DNA of 20,600 bases, taken from Coleofasciculus chthonoplastes F2-STO-03. Lineage in GTDB: Bacteria > Cyanobacteriota > Cyanobacteriia > Cyanobacteriales > Coleofasciculaceae. Both the position numbers and the translations under genes were made by a program. The DNA lies in the NCBI GenBank assembly GCA_040222015.1, contig JAVJWO010000014.1, forward strand, positions 1 to 20,600, given 5' to 3'. The notes under the pieces are model-generated. The model was not told where the DNA came from. It did no database searches and saw only the letters and a program-made list of their open reading frames with translations. This document shows, in pieces, positions 1 to 7,571 of the stretch. How positions within the stretch are numbered: the first letter of the stretch is position 1; the number at the start of each line of letters is the position of its first letter.

Positions 1-154
1 TGATAGAAGCATAACACAAGTTGATTAACACTCGCAACTAAAGTTGCTAGACTGAACGCATCGCGGCAATTGAGCTTGTCGAAATTCGGTTTCATCCCTC
101 GGATGAATCGCGAGGGCTTTCACCATCGCTAATTCTGTAAACGGGGGCGGAAAC

Positions 155-273
155 AAATGACCAATGACAAATGACCAATGACCAATGACCAATGACAAAT
201 GACCAATGACCAATGACCAATGACTAATGACCAATGACTAATGACTAATAACTAATGACCAATAACCCATGAC
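155..273 (+). repeat. STRR-type heptamer tandem array, 17 units of (C/A/T)AATGAC with variants
   Basis: Units at 7-nt period from 155; the last unit (CCATGAC, 267-273) contains the ATG of the peptidase gene. Confidence 0.95.
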
Positions 274-1138
274 CCAAACACCGTTAGTTGGTCTAAAGGC
301 AGACCAGTTTCGTCATCCCCTTGATTTTCAAGCCACCCAAGCCTTGAAGCAGTTCCCTGGACTGGACTTGATGGTGCGAAATCTCCTCGGACCCTTGGCG
401 GAACAATTCTTTTACCTGAATAATATTGCTGCCAGTGTTTTGGTGGGCGAAAATCAGCTACCGCACCTGCATAATTTACTGCTAGACGCCTGCAAAACCC
501 TGGACTTAGAACCCCCTCAACTATACGTGCAGCAGCATCCCGTGCCAAATGCTTATACCTTTGCCATGCGGGGTAAGCAGCCATTTATCGTCCTGCATAC
601 TGCTTTAATCGATATGCTGACCCCCGAAGAAATTCAGGCGGTGATTGCTCACGAATTGGGACATCTTAAGTGCGAGCATGGGGTTTATCTGACACCGCTC
701 AACATTATGATTTTAGCGGCGTCTTTACTGCCGAATTGGGGCGCTGTGATTGCCCAAAGCCTTCAAGAACAGATGCTGGAGTGGTTAAGGTGTGCCGAGT
801 TTTCCTGCGATCGCGCGGCGCTGCTAGCCACTCAGAATCCCAGAGTGGTGATGTCGGTGCTGATGAAACTGGCTGGCGGTTCACCCACCCTAGCTCCCCA
901 ACTAAACCTCGACGCCTTTATCGCCCAAGCCAGAGCCTATGATGATATCAGTAACTCGGAATTGGGAGAACTGCTCAAATCCGCTCAAACTGCCCAGTTG
1001 AGCCACCCCGTCCCCGTGTTAAGGGCGCGGGAAATTGATCAATGGGCAAGTACTCAAGCCTATCAGTCCTTGCTACAACCGACATCTATTGGCTATAATA
1101 CAAAGGTTGCATCCAAGGGCGGATGGCGAAATTGGTAG
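269..1138 (+). CDS. M48 (HtpX/Ste24-like) family zinc metallopeptidase
   Basis: 289 aa ORF; PNAYTF motif, HELGH zinc motif, distal EFSCDR ligand and SHP motif. Confidence 0.92.
   Translation: MTQTPLVGLKADQFRHPLDFQATQALKQFPGLDLMVRNLLGPLAEQFFYLNNIAASVLVGENQLPHLHNLLLDACKTLDLEPPQLYVQQHPVPNAYTFAMRGKQPFIVLHTALIDMLTPEEIQAVIAHELGHLKCEHGVYLTPLNIMILAASLLPNWGAVIAQSLQEQMLEWLRCAEFSCDRAALLATQNPRVVMSVLMKLAGGSPTLAPQLNLDAFIAQARAYDDISNSELGELLKSAQTAQLSHPVPVLRAREIDQWASTQAYQSLLQPTSIGYNTKVASKGGWRNW
1070..1099 (+). promoter_or_regulatory. Putative sigma70-type promoter for tRNA-Leu, internal to the peptidase CDS
   Basis: TTGCTA (1070-1075) - 18 nt - TATAAT (1094-1099), 17 nt upstream of the tRNA 5' end. Confidence 0.65.
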
Positions 1139-1199
1139 ACGCACCACACTCAAAATGTGGCGACCTATGGTCATGAGAGTTCGAGTCTCTCTCTGCCCA
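1117..1199 (+). tRNA. trnL-CAA: tRNA-Leu (anticodon CAA)
   Basis: Acceptor GGGCGGA/TCTGCCC+A; D-arm with TTGGTAGAC; anticodon stem CCACA/TGTGG, loop CTCAAAA (CAA 1151-1153); long variable arm GACC-TAT-GGTC; T-arm GAGAG-TTCGAGT-CTCTC; CCA not encoded. Confidence 0.97.
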
Positions 1200-1221
1200 T
1201 TCAAATTGAGAGGTGATGATC

Positions 1222-1419
1222 ATGACACAACGACTCAAGAGTTGGGAGTCTCCTCGCCGTCAAGGGCGAAATGACAAAGGCAAAGGCGGTTCCGCCAGAG
1301 CCAGACAACTGAAGAAGCAACGGCAAATGTTGCTCAAGAAGTTGAAAGAAAGCGGAAAAGCCGAACAACAGAATCAGCAAGGGGGAAGAGAAAAAGACAC
1401 TCTTCCCTCTTTTTTTTAA
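1222..1419 (+). CDS. Small basic protein (65 aa), candidate ArfA/BrfA-like ribosome rescue factor
   Basis: GAGAGG SD at 1208-1213 then ATG 1222 (alternatives 1213, 1216); 18 K/R versus 6 D/E; KGKGGS at 1276-1293; function is inference. Confidence 0.7.
   Translation: MTQRLKSWESPRRQGRNDKGKGGSARARQLKKQRQMLLKKLKESGKAEQQNQQGGREKDTLPSFF
1381..1417 (+). terminator. Intrinsic terminator lying inside the 3' end of the small ORF
   Basis: Stem GGGGGAAGAG (1381-1390)/CTCTTCCCTC (1400-1409, one GU), 9-nt loop, T8 at 1410-1417. Confidence 0.85.
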
Positions 1420-1469
1420 AGGTTCGTAATTGCGCTTTAATACCAAGTTGCAGTCTAATGTAGAATCTG

Positions 1470-2561
1470 TCATCTCTGCATGAACAGAACATTCCCTTGA
1501 GGAGATAACTGCCGCTGGTGCTGTTGGTAGGCTTGTAACCAGAGGACTCCGGAGACTAATAAAATTGAGAAAATGACAAGATTGAGAATCATTAATCCTA
1601 AGGGAAGTGGAGACGTTTTGGGTATGTCTGGATGAGGGAGGGGTTGTTTCTGAAAATGCGGCAAAATAAACGCTGCATTTGGCGGTCTACGATGGACAAA
1701 TGGAGCCATAAAATAGTCAAGCCACTCGACTAATGGTTCAGAGATTTTGTGCGTATGTTTGCGCCACATTAATTCACCGTTTTTATGGTTGGTTTCTAGT
1801 TCTAAAGGATGTTTACCCGTCAGTAAATGGACGAAGGTACGTCCTAAGGCATAAAGATCCGATTGAGGAACCGCATTACCGTTGATTTGTTCAGGAGGTG
1901 TATAACCAGGTGAAAAAACTCCTTCTCCGGTTGCATCTTTTCCCATCAGTCGTTGAACAACTGTACCCGTCATTTGGCAAACTGTCCCAAAATCAATTAG
2001 CACCAGTTGACCATTGGGTCGCAGCATAATATTCGAGGGTTTAATATCCCGATGGAAATATTGTTGTTGGTGCAGCGTATCTAATATATCGAGTAACTGT
2101 TTTAGCCATTCAATGGCTTTGGCTTCGGAAATGGGTTGATTATGTTTGAGCCATTCTCGTAAATTTGTCCCCTCCACTTTTTCCATCACCAAGCAATGTA
2201 AAGGTCTGGCACGGCGGGAGACAGAAACGGTAAAATAATTGTCTTCAGGTTGAACTTTAGGAATACCCGGATGGTTAAGTTTCTTTAAAATTTCGGATTC
2301 TTGTCTGAACAGGCGAACTAAGGTGGAATTGTTCCGGGTTAAAACTTTCAGTACTTTATGTTTTGCTCCTTTGATTGCCGCCTCTGCTGCCAAATCCTGG
2401 ACTTCAAAGATTTTGGTGGGATTGGGTGCGTCTAGGGGTCGAAGGGGTTTCAGCAGCCGATATCGACTGTTGATGGTTAATGGAGTGTCACAGCCTTGGC
2501 AGTATTCCAGATACTCAGGATTTTCCCGTTGGTCGCACTTGGGATTGATACAGTAGCTCAT
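1470..2561 (-). CDS. Hanks-type Ser/Thr protein kinase with N-terminal 4-Cys prefix and C-terminal TM helix
   Basis: MSYCINPKC...CQGC start, HRDIKPSN, DFG, SDLYALG; start moved from TTG 2630 (inside a repeat) to ATG 2561. Confidence 0.92.
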   Translation of the reverse strand: MSYCINPKCDQRENPEYLEYCQGCDTPLTINSRYRLLKPLRPLDAPNPTKIFEVQDLAAEAAIKGAKHKVLKVLTRNNSTLVRLFRQESEILKKLNHPGIPKVQPEDNYFTVSVSRRARPLHCLVMEKVEGTNLREWLKHNQPISEAKAIEWLKQLLDILDTLHQQQYFHRDIKPSNIMLRPNGQLVLIDFGTVCQMTGTVVQRLMGKDATGEGVFSPGYTPPEQINGNAVPQSDLYALGRTFVHLLTGKHPLELETNHKNGELMWRKHTHKISEPLVEWLDYFMAPFVHRRPPNAAFILPHFQKQPLPHPDIPKTSPLPLGLMILNLVIFSILLVSGVLWLQAYQQHQRQLSPQGNVLFMQR

Positions 2562-2608
2562 CGGATTTCTAGGGGGGGTTGAGGTGGAATGGTACTGACT
2601 GGTATGCT

Positions 2609-2640
2609 GGTGGGTTTCGACTTCGCTCAACCCACCCTAC
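2609..2640 (-). repeat. GTAG-type REP-like palindromic repeat
   Basis: Minus strand GTAGGGTGGGTTGAGCGAAGTCGAAACCCACC; GGTGGGTT/AACCCACC arms. Confidence 0.7.
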
Positions 2641-2837
2641 GGTATATCTAGGGTTTTGGCGATCCAAAAATGCAAATTTTCAGTGCCATTCGGTTTAGGT
2701 AACTTCTTTAAATTAACATCTACCCCTAGAAATAAATTACTGTTAACTGATAAATATCTGGATATCAATTTGGTCGGGCTGAGTTAAGAATTGTAAAACC
2801 CTTGAATCACTTACTGTTCCCTCCCTCACCACAATAC

Positions 2838-3767
2838 TTATTCACCAACCTCTAATGATTGAGACTGTAGTGTAAATAAAGTGACCTCTGGAGAACAGTT
2901 GAGTCGAATGGGCAGATCACTAAAGCCAATCCCACGATTAACATACAGTTTATTACCTGAGGCACCATAGCCGTGACTCCAGCCATCGATATGTTCCCAG
3001 TTTTTAGCTAATGCTAACCAAGACCATTCGGGTGTGGACGGTAGGCGAATTTGTCCGCCATGAGTGTGTCCAGCAACTGCTACGGGTGCAGTATTGGCAG
3101 GTAAAGCTGGAAATGATTTGGGATTGTGCATCATTACAATCCTGGGATTTGTGGATGGCACTTGCGCGATCGCATCTTTTGGTTGATCCTTGTTTGCCAG
3201 ATGGGAACCTATGCCAACTAAATAAAAAGAGTCGGTATTTCCATCACTGAGATTATCTCCATAATTTCCCGGTTGAGGTAACTCGACGGCTTGGTTTTCC
3301 AGAACCTCTATGCCAACGTCTTCCAACGCCGCCTCCAACCGCGCTGCTAAGTTCTCTTTGGGTGGAGTATCCAGGCTAATCATACCGTAGTCGTGATTCC
3401 CTAATACCGCATAGGTGGGAATATTGGCTTCGGGTAAGGGACGGACTAAATCAACGATGTTAGCAATTTCTGGGTCTGTGCCTTTAAAGGCATGGTAAAT
3501 AAAGTCACCGCTAATCAGGACTACACTAGGGCGTTCTTCTATCAGTTTAGCGACACTACGGCGGACGGTAGGGGTATTATCTAGCCACATTCCGTATTGA
3601 AAATCGGAAATTAATCCAATTCGTTGTCCTTGCCAAGCTGTAGGAAGATTGGGAATGACGGCAACTTCTTCTTCTGTGTCGAGGATATAAGGCTCAACCA
3701 AGCCCCAAATTATAAGGAAACAGAATAGTCCGACTAAACCTAAGAGAATATACTTGATTTTTTTCAT
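2838..3767 (-). CDS. Calcineurin-like metallophosphoesterase (YkuE/YaeI-like) with N-terminal TM
   Basis: SDFQ, GDF, GNHD, MHNP, GHTHGGQ, NRGIG motifs. Confidence 0.92.
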   Translation of the reverse strand: MKKIKYILLGLVGLFCFLIIWGLVEPYILDTEEEVAVIPNLPTAWQGQRIGLISDFQYGMWLDNTPTVRRSVAKLIEERPSVVLISGDFIYHAFKGTDPEIANIVDLVRPLPEANIPTYAVLGNHDYGMISLDTPPKENLAARLEAALEDVGIEVLENQAVELPQPGNYGDNLSDGNTDSFYLVGIGSHLANKDQPKDAIAQVPSTNPRIVMMHNPKSFPALPANTAPVAVAGHTHGGQIRLPSTPEWSWLALAKNWEHIDGWSHGYGASGNKLYVNRGIGFSDLPIRLNCSPEVTLFTLQSQSLEVGE

Positions 3768-3773
3768 GGTTCA

Positions 3774-3815
3774 TTGTTGATTGTTGATTGTTGATTGTTG
3801 ATTATTAATTGGTAA
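3774..3815 (+). repeat. STRR-type heptamer array (TTGTTGA)x4 plus two degenerate units
   Basis: Read directly. Confidence 0.9.
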
Positions 3816-3842
3816 TCCCCTGCTCCCCTTCCTGTTCCCTAA

Positions 3843-4907
3843 TCAATGTAATATTACTTTGTCAATCGTCGTCTGGTCATCTAAGGGGGTAGCCCGATTA
3901 GTGGTTTGGCTGGAGGCGATCGCATCCCAAACCCAGCCGTCATTGTGAATCAGCGCCAATAGCAGCCGTCGGCGTTTGGTGACGTGTTTGGTGGCGTCCC
4001 AAAATTGGCGATCGCTAACCGTGGGAATCCCGTGTTTCCTGAGTCGTTCCAGGGGGGGAAGCGGTGGGTTTTCCGAGGCGGGTTCTAAGTAAGCGGATTT
4101 GAGAGTTTTCAAATAAGCCGCACTTGCCCGACGTGCTGCACCTAGCGCCGCTGGATCGGGTTGATTGGACGTTTTGACACCATATTCTAAGATAGTTAGC
4201 GCTTCATCAAGAGCCACTAAACTCAAAATGATCGAGCGAGAGCGTTCTATGCTGTGGAAATAATGAAGAATCGGGTAAGTTAGATGGCGTTCTCCCTGTT
4301 GGGCTAGCATTGGCGTCAGCGCAATTAAATGCTGGTCAAACTGCCCAAAATCTTTGCCATTCCAGGCTCTGACCAGAATTTCGTCAGCCGTACCACCGAG
4401 AGCGGAAATATAAACCGCCAGTTGGCGTTGCTGAGTCGCGGCTGAAACCACAGGTAAGAGATAGGCGATTGCCAAGGTAACTAAAAAGAACCCATTCACC
4501 GAAGCAATTGCTGTAGCAATTTGCCAAACTGCACCTTGAGGACTATAACTCCCCATGCCTAGGGTTGAGATAGTATAACCGACAAAGTAAATTCTTTCTA
4601 ACGTAGTGGCGGGCAGTTTTTTCGGCGTTACCACAGCCGTTTCATCGGCGCTAAACAGTAGTGTCCATCCCGCCCACGTTAAGGCAAACCAAAGCACGGT
4701 GACACTAACAATAACTATCCAGCCTGTAACTAGCAATAAGCGGTGATGGGAACGCCAGCGATGAATCTTAAGCGCGATTCTCCATAGCCAAGCCGAGATT
4801 CTGCTGGTTAGAGGTCCTCCTCCGCCCACTGTCAGGGTTGTGATCAGGACATCAATGGAGACAATGATGAGAATGAGCAGTCCGGAAATGACTAGCAGAA
4901 TTGACAT
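3843..4907 (-). CDS. Potassium channel family (Ion_trans_2-like) membrane protein
   Basis: Hydrophobic helices flanking pore loop YFVGYTISTLGMGSYSP; YPILHYFH motif in cytoplasmic part. Confidence 0.82.
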   Translation of the reverse strand: MSILLVISGLLILIIVSIDVLITTLTVGGGGPLTSRISAWLWRIALKIHRWRSHHRLLLVTGWIVIVSVTVLWFALTWAGWTLLFSADETAVVTPKKLPATTLERIYFVGYTISTLGMGSYSPQGAVWQIATAIASVNGFFLVTLAIAYLLPVVSAATQQRQLAVYISALGGTADEILVRAWNGKDFGQFDQHLIALTPMLAQQGERHLTYPILHYFHSIERSRSIILSLVALDEALTILEYGVKTSNQPDPAALGAARRASAAYLKTLKSAYLEPASENPPLPPLERLRKHGIPTVSDRQFWDATKHVTKRRRLLLALIHNDGWVWDAIASSQTTNRATPLDDQTTIDKVILH

Positions 4908-4998
4908 AAGGGAAATTAAAACAGTCCATGCGATCGCAGATTACCTCACCCCAAGACAAAAAACCTGCATCTGAGGGAATATGTAGGGGCTGCTGAAT

Positions 4999-5045
4999 AA
5001 GCTGGGGTTGTAGAGACGTTCCGGTGGAACGTCTGGAAGCTGGGG
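4999..5045 (+). repeat. GTAG-type hairpin repeat between AAGCTGGGG direct repeats
   Basis: AGACGTTCC-GGT-GGAACGTCT hairpin at 5014-5034; AAGCTGGGG at 4999-5007 and 5037-5045. Confidence 0.75.
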
Positions 5046-5092
5046 GAGCAAATCTAAGCCTAGAGAGAGGGGATTCCTGACTAGGGATATGT

Positions 5093-5284
5093 CTAAGCTG
5101 AGATAGGTAATGCTATCGGAATTGCAGTCATTGAGAGGTCAACGTAATGGTTCGGGAGTTTTAGGGAAGGGAAAAACCACAGCGATAGTCCCGGTTGCAC
5201 CTGATAGAGAAGTGCCACTTCCTGAGCTAAAATTAGGGCTAATCCGGATAAGACAATGACAAGCCACCAGCGCTGGCGAGTCAA
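5093..5284 (-). pseudogene. Possible remnant of a MASE1-like membrane sensor N-terminus
   Basis: Hydrophobic helix followed by PGLSLWFFPS, then ORF ends; weak TTG start with in-frame TAA shortly upstream. Confidence 0.3.
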
Positions 5285-5367
5285 GGCGTAGAGTTAGGAG
5301 CAATGCGCGATCGCGCAGCAGCTAATCTGACCATTAAACTAAAGATAGCCGTTTATCGTCTATCCCT

Positions 5368-6132
5368 ATGACCCTTGCCAAGGATTCAGCACCAACAGAT
5401 CAAATTACTTCCCTTAACGACACAGAGGATATTATTATTCCTCCATGCGATTTGTTGAGTGATGAACCTCCCTTGGAAAGTGACCTACATCGAGATCAAA
5501 TAGAACTCCTGCTAGCTTGCCTCAAGTGGTGGTGGCGAGAACGCACCGACTTCTATGCCACTGGCAATCTTACCATCTACTTTAGCCCAGAACACATCAC
5601 CACACGAGACTTTAGAGGACCAGATTTTTTTGTTGTGTTAGGAACAGAAAATCGACCTCGCAAAAGCTGGATTTTATGGGCAGAACAGGGGAAATACCCG
5701 AATATGATTGTGGAACTGCTTTCTGACAGCACCGCCAAAATTGATAAAGACTTTAAGAAAAAACTTTACCAGGATACCTTCCGCACCCCCGAATATTTTT
5801 GGTTTCATCCAGATACACTGGAGTTCCAAGGGTTTATACTTATGGCGGGTGAGTACCAACCGATAGAACCCACTAATCAAGGGTGGTTATGGAGTCGTCA
5901 GTTGGAACTGTTTTTAGGAATTTATGAGTCAAAGCTGCGTTTTTTCAGCCCAGAGGGTCAACTTGTTGCCACACCAGAAGAGAGGGCAGAAATTGCCCAG
6001 AAACAAGCCAAAACTGCTCAAAAACAAGCGGAGATAGAACGACAGCAGCGGGAACTAGCACAACAGCAGGTAACAGAATTACGAGCTAGACTTAAAGCGT
6101 TAGGCGTTGAACCAGATTTGCCAGAGTCGTAA
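5368..6132 (+). CDS. Uma2 (DUF820) family PD-(D/E)xK endonuclease-like protein with C-terminal coiled coil
   Basis: SDEPPLESDLH, FRGPDFFVV, IVELLSDSTA, PEYFWFHP motifs. Confidence 0.93.
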   Translation: MTLAKDSAPTDQITSLNDTEDIIIPPCDLLSDEPPLESDLHRDQIELLLACLKWWWRERTDFYATGNLTIYFSPEHITTRDFRGPDFFVVLGTENRPRKSWILWAEQGKYPNMIVELLSDSTAKIDKDFKKKLYQDTFRTPEYFWFHPDTLEFQGFILMAGEYQPIEPTNQGWLWSRQLELFLGIYESKLRFFSPEGQLVATPEERAEIAQKQAKTAQKQAEIERQQRELAQQQVTELRARLKALGVEPDLPES

Positions 6133-6245
6133 GTGTTAACCCATGAATAGCCGCACATCGGTGATGAGGGTTTAAATCTTTCTAATGCTGTCCTCTGGCT
6201 TAAAATTGAATATATTGTCATATCGGAATTGTACTAGATAAATCC

Positions 6246-6437
6246 ATGGCAACCAATCTTGAAATTGACGAAAACCTTCTTCAAGAAGCACTTTCATTGT
6301 GCGAGCATTCAACAGCAGATCGGTTGATTGAAGCAGCTTTACGAGAATACATTCAACGTCGCAAACAACTGAAAGTTTTGGAGTTATTTGGAACGATAGA
6401 CTATGAAGAAGATTATGATTACAAGCAACAAAGATAA
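6246..6437 (+). CDS. VapB-like type II antitoxin
   Basis: MATNLEIDENLLQEAL...ALREYIQRRKQ...LFGTIDY..DYDYK pattern, 63 aa. Confidence 0.8.
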   Translation: MATNLEIDENLLQEALSLCEHSTADRLIEAALREYIQRRKQLKVLELFGTIDYEEDYDYKQQR

Positions 6438-6442
6438 ACAAG

Positions 6443-6460
6443 TTGAGCGTTATTGTTGAC
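6443..6460 (+). pseudogene. Stub of a VapC/PIN toxin (first six codons, MSVIVD)
   Basis: TTG AGC GTT ATT GTT GAC directly after the antitoxin matches the PIN first strand; PIN-like sequence is lost thereafter. Confidence 0.55.
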
Positions 6461-6665
6461 AAGGTAAAGTTCATAGGGGAAGAAGGTAAGAAGGGTGACG
6501 AGAGGTGCGTCGGTGATCAGGTAGATTGTACTGTCGAAGCAAGTGATGGCATAGAGGAAGATTAGTTTCGCCGAGTTGAGGAAAGCAGGAGTTGGGAGAG
6601 GTTGAAGTATGAGTATGCCATAGTTAATGTAAAGAATAGGTCAGTATGATGAGGTATGATAAATT

Positions 6666-6872
6666 ATGACTTTTAATGATGTCGTTGAGGCGATCCAGAG
6701 TCTTTCCACAGATGAAAAGCTGGAAATTCAACTGTTGTTGAAGCAATACATCCGTGAAGAACGCCGTGACGAGATATATAGGAACTTCAAGTCAGCGCAG
6801 GTTGAACAACAAAAAGGGGAACTAAAGTTTTCCGCCAATATTAACGAACTAAGACAACTGATAGAGGAATAA
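6666..6872 (+). CDS. Putative antitoxin of the downstream RelE/YafQ-like toxin
   Basis: 68 aa acidic ORF with GAGG SD, stop 2 nt before toxin start. Confidence 0.75.
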   Translation: MTFNDVVEAIQSLSTDEKLEIQLLLKQYIREERRDEIYRNFKSAQVEQQKGELKFSANINELRQLIEE

Positions 6873-6874
6873 TC

Positions 6875-7141
6875 GTGGAAGTCAGTTTCAGTTCTTCGTT
6901 TAAACGTGCATTCAAAAAACGCATTAAGGGTAATACAGATTTAGAGACAAGGTTTTGGCAAAAATTGGAACAGTTTACGGTAGATCCCTTCGAGCCAAGT
7001 TTGAAAACACACAAACTATCAGGCAAGCTTAAAGATTTATGCAGTTTCAGTGTAGATTACAATGAGAGGGTATTGTTCTACTTTACAGAAGATGGAAAAG
7101 CTGTTTTTGTAGATATTGGTAGCCATGATGAAGTGTATTAA
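6875..7141 (+). CDS. RelE/YafQ/StbE family mRNA interferase toxin
   Basis: FSSSFKRAFKK, PSLKTHKLSGKL, SFSVDY, VDIGSHDEVY; GAGGA SD before GTG. Confidence 0.88.
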   Translation: MEVSFSSSFKRAFKKRIKGNTDLETRFWQKLEQFTVDPFEPSLKTHKLSGKLKDLCSFSVDYNERVLFYFTEDGKAVFVDIGSHDEVY

Positions 7142-7571
7142 TGCATTCAATTTGAGAACACCAAGAAAAATCATTTACATTAAACGTGTAAATACTAGTG
7201 ACATGATGAGCTAACATAATGGCAATATGAAGTAAGTCGAAAATTCACCCATTAGTCACGGGTCGTTCTTCCAGTAAAATCAGCCAACGTTCAAATAGAT
7301 CGAGAGGAGTTGGAAGCAAACAGACGTGAGGCATTTGGCAAATCCGTTTAATCCGGATCATGGCTTCTGTTGGCTCTAGGGGTTTGGCTAAGATGGCAGG
7401 ATTTGTGATATAAGAGTAAAATTCTGCTAAAACTTGCGATGAGACGCATAAAATTTCTGTTTCACTGGGTCTAAATATCTCTAATGCTGCTCTGTGTAAA
7501 GGTGCTTTAGTATTGACAACGTAGGCGAGTACATTGGTGTCGATATAAATTCGTTTAGGCTCTGTTTCCAT
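7083..7571 (-). pseudogene. VapC/PIN toxin interrupted by one in-frame TGA (7247-7245)
   Basis: METEPKRIYIDTNVLAY start (ATG 7571), QVLAEFY; after TGA the same frame reads IFDLLHIAIMLAHHVTSIYTFNVNDF, the PIN C-terminal half; next stop TAA 7085-7083. Confidence 0.85.

Noticed and set aside
25..234. 69-aa minus-strand ORF (VIGHWSL repeats)
   Set aside because: Translation of the heptamer array; no evidence of coding.
155..273. Possible CRISPR array
   Set aside because: 7-nt tandem units with no spacers; no repeat-spacer array or cas gene seen in the window.
1117..1199. tRNA as integration site of an island
   Set aside because: No integrase and no duplicated tRNA 3' end found in this window.
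1035..1473. ORFs 1035..1274 (+) and 1201..1473 (-)
   Set aside because: First runs across the tRNA; second is antisense to the SD-bearing small ORF.
2562..2630. N-terminal extension of the kinase from TTG 2630
   Set aside because: Start lies in a REP-like repeat; MSYCINP at 2561 is the typical family start.
7200..7247. Selenocysteine recoding of the PIN TGA
   Set aside because: No evident SECIS-like hairpin after the TGA and the position is not a Cys site in PIN domains.
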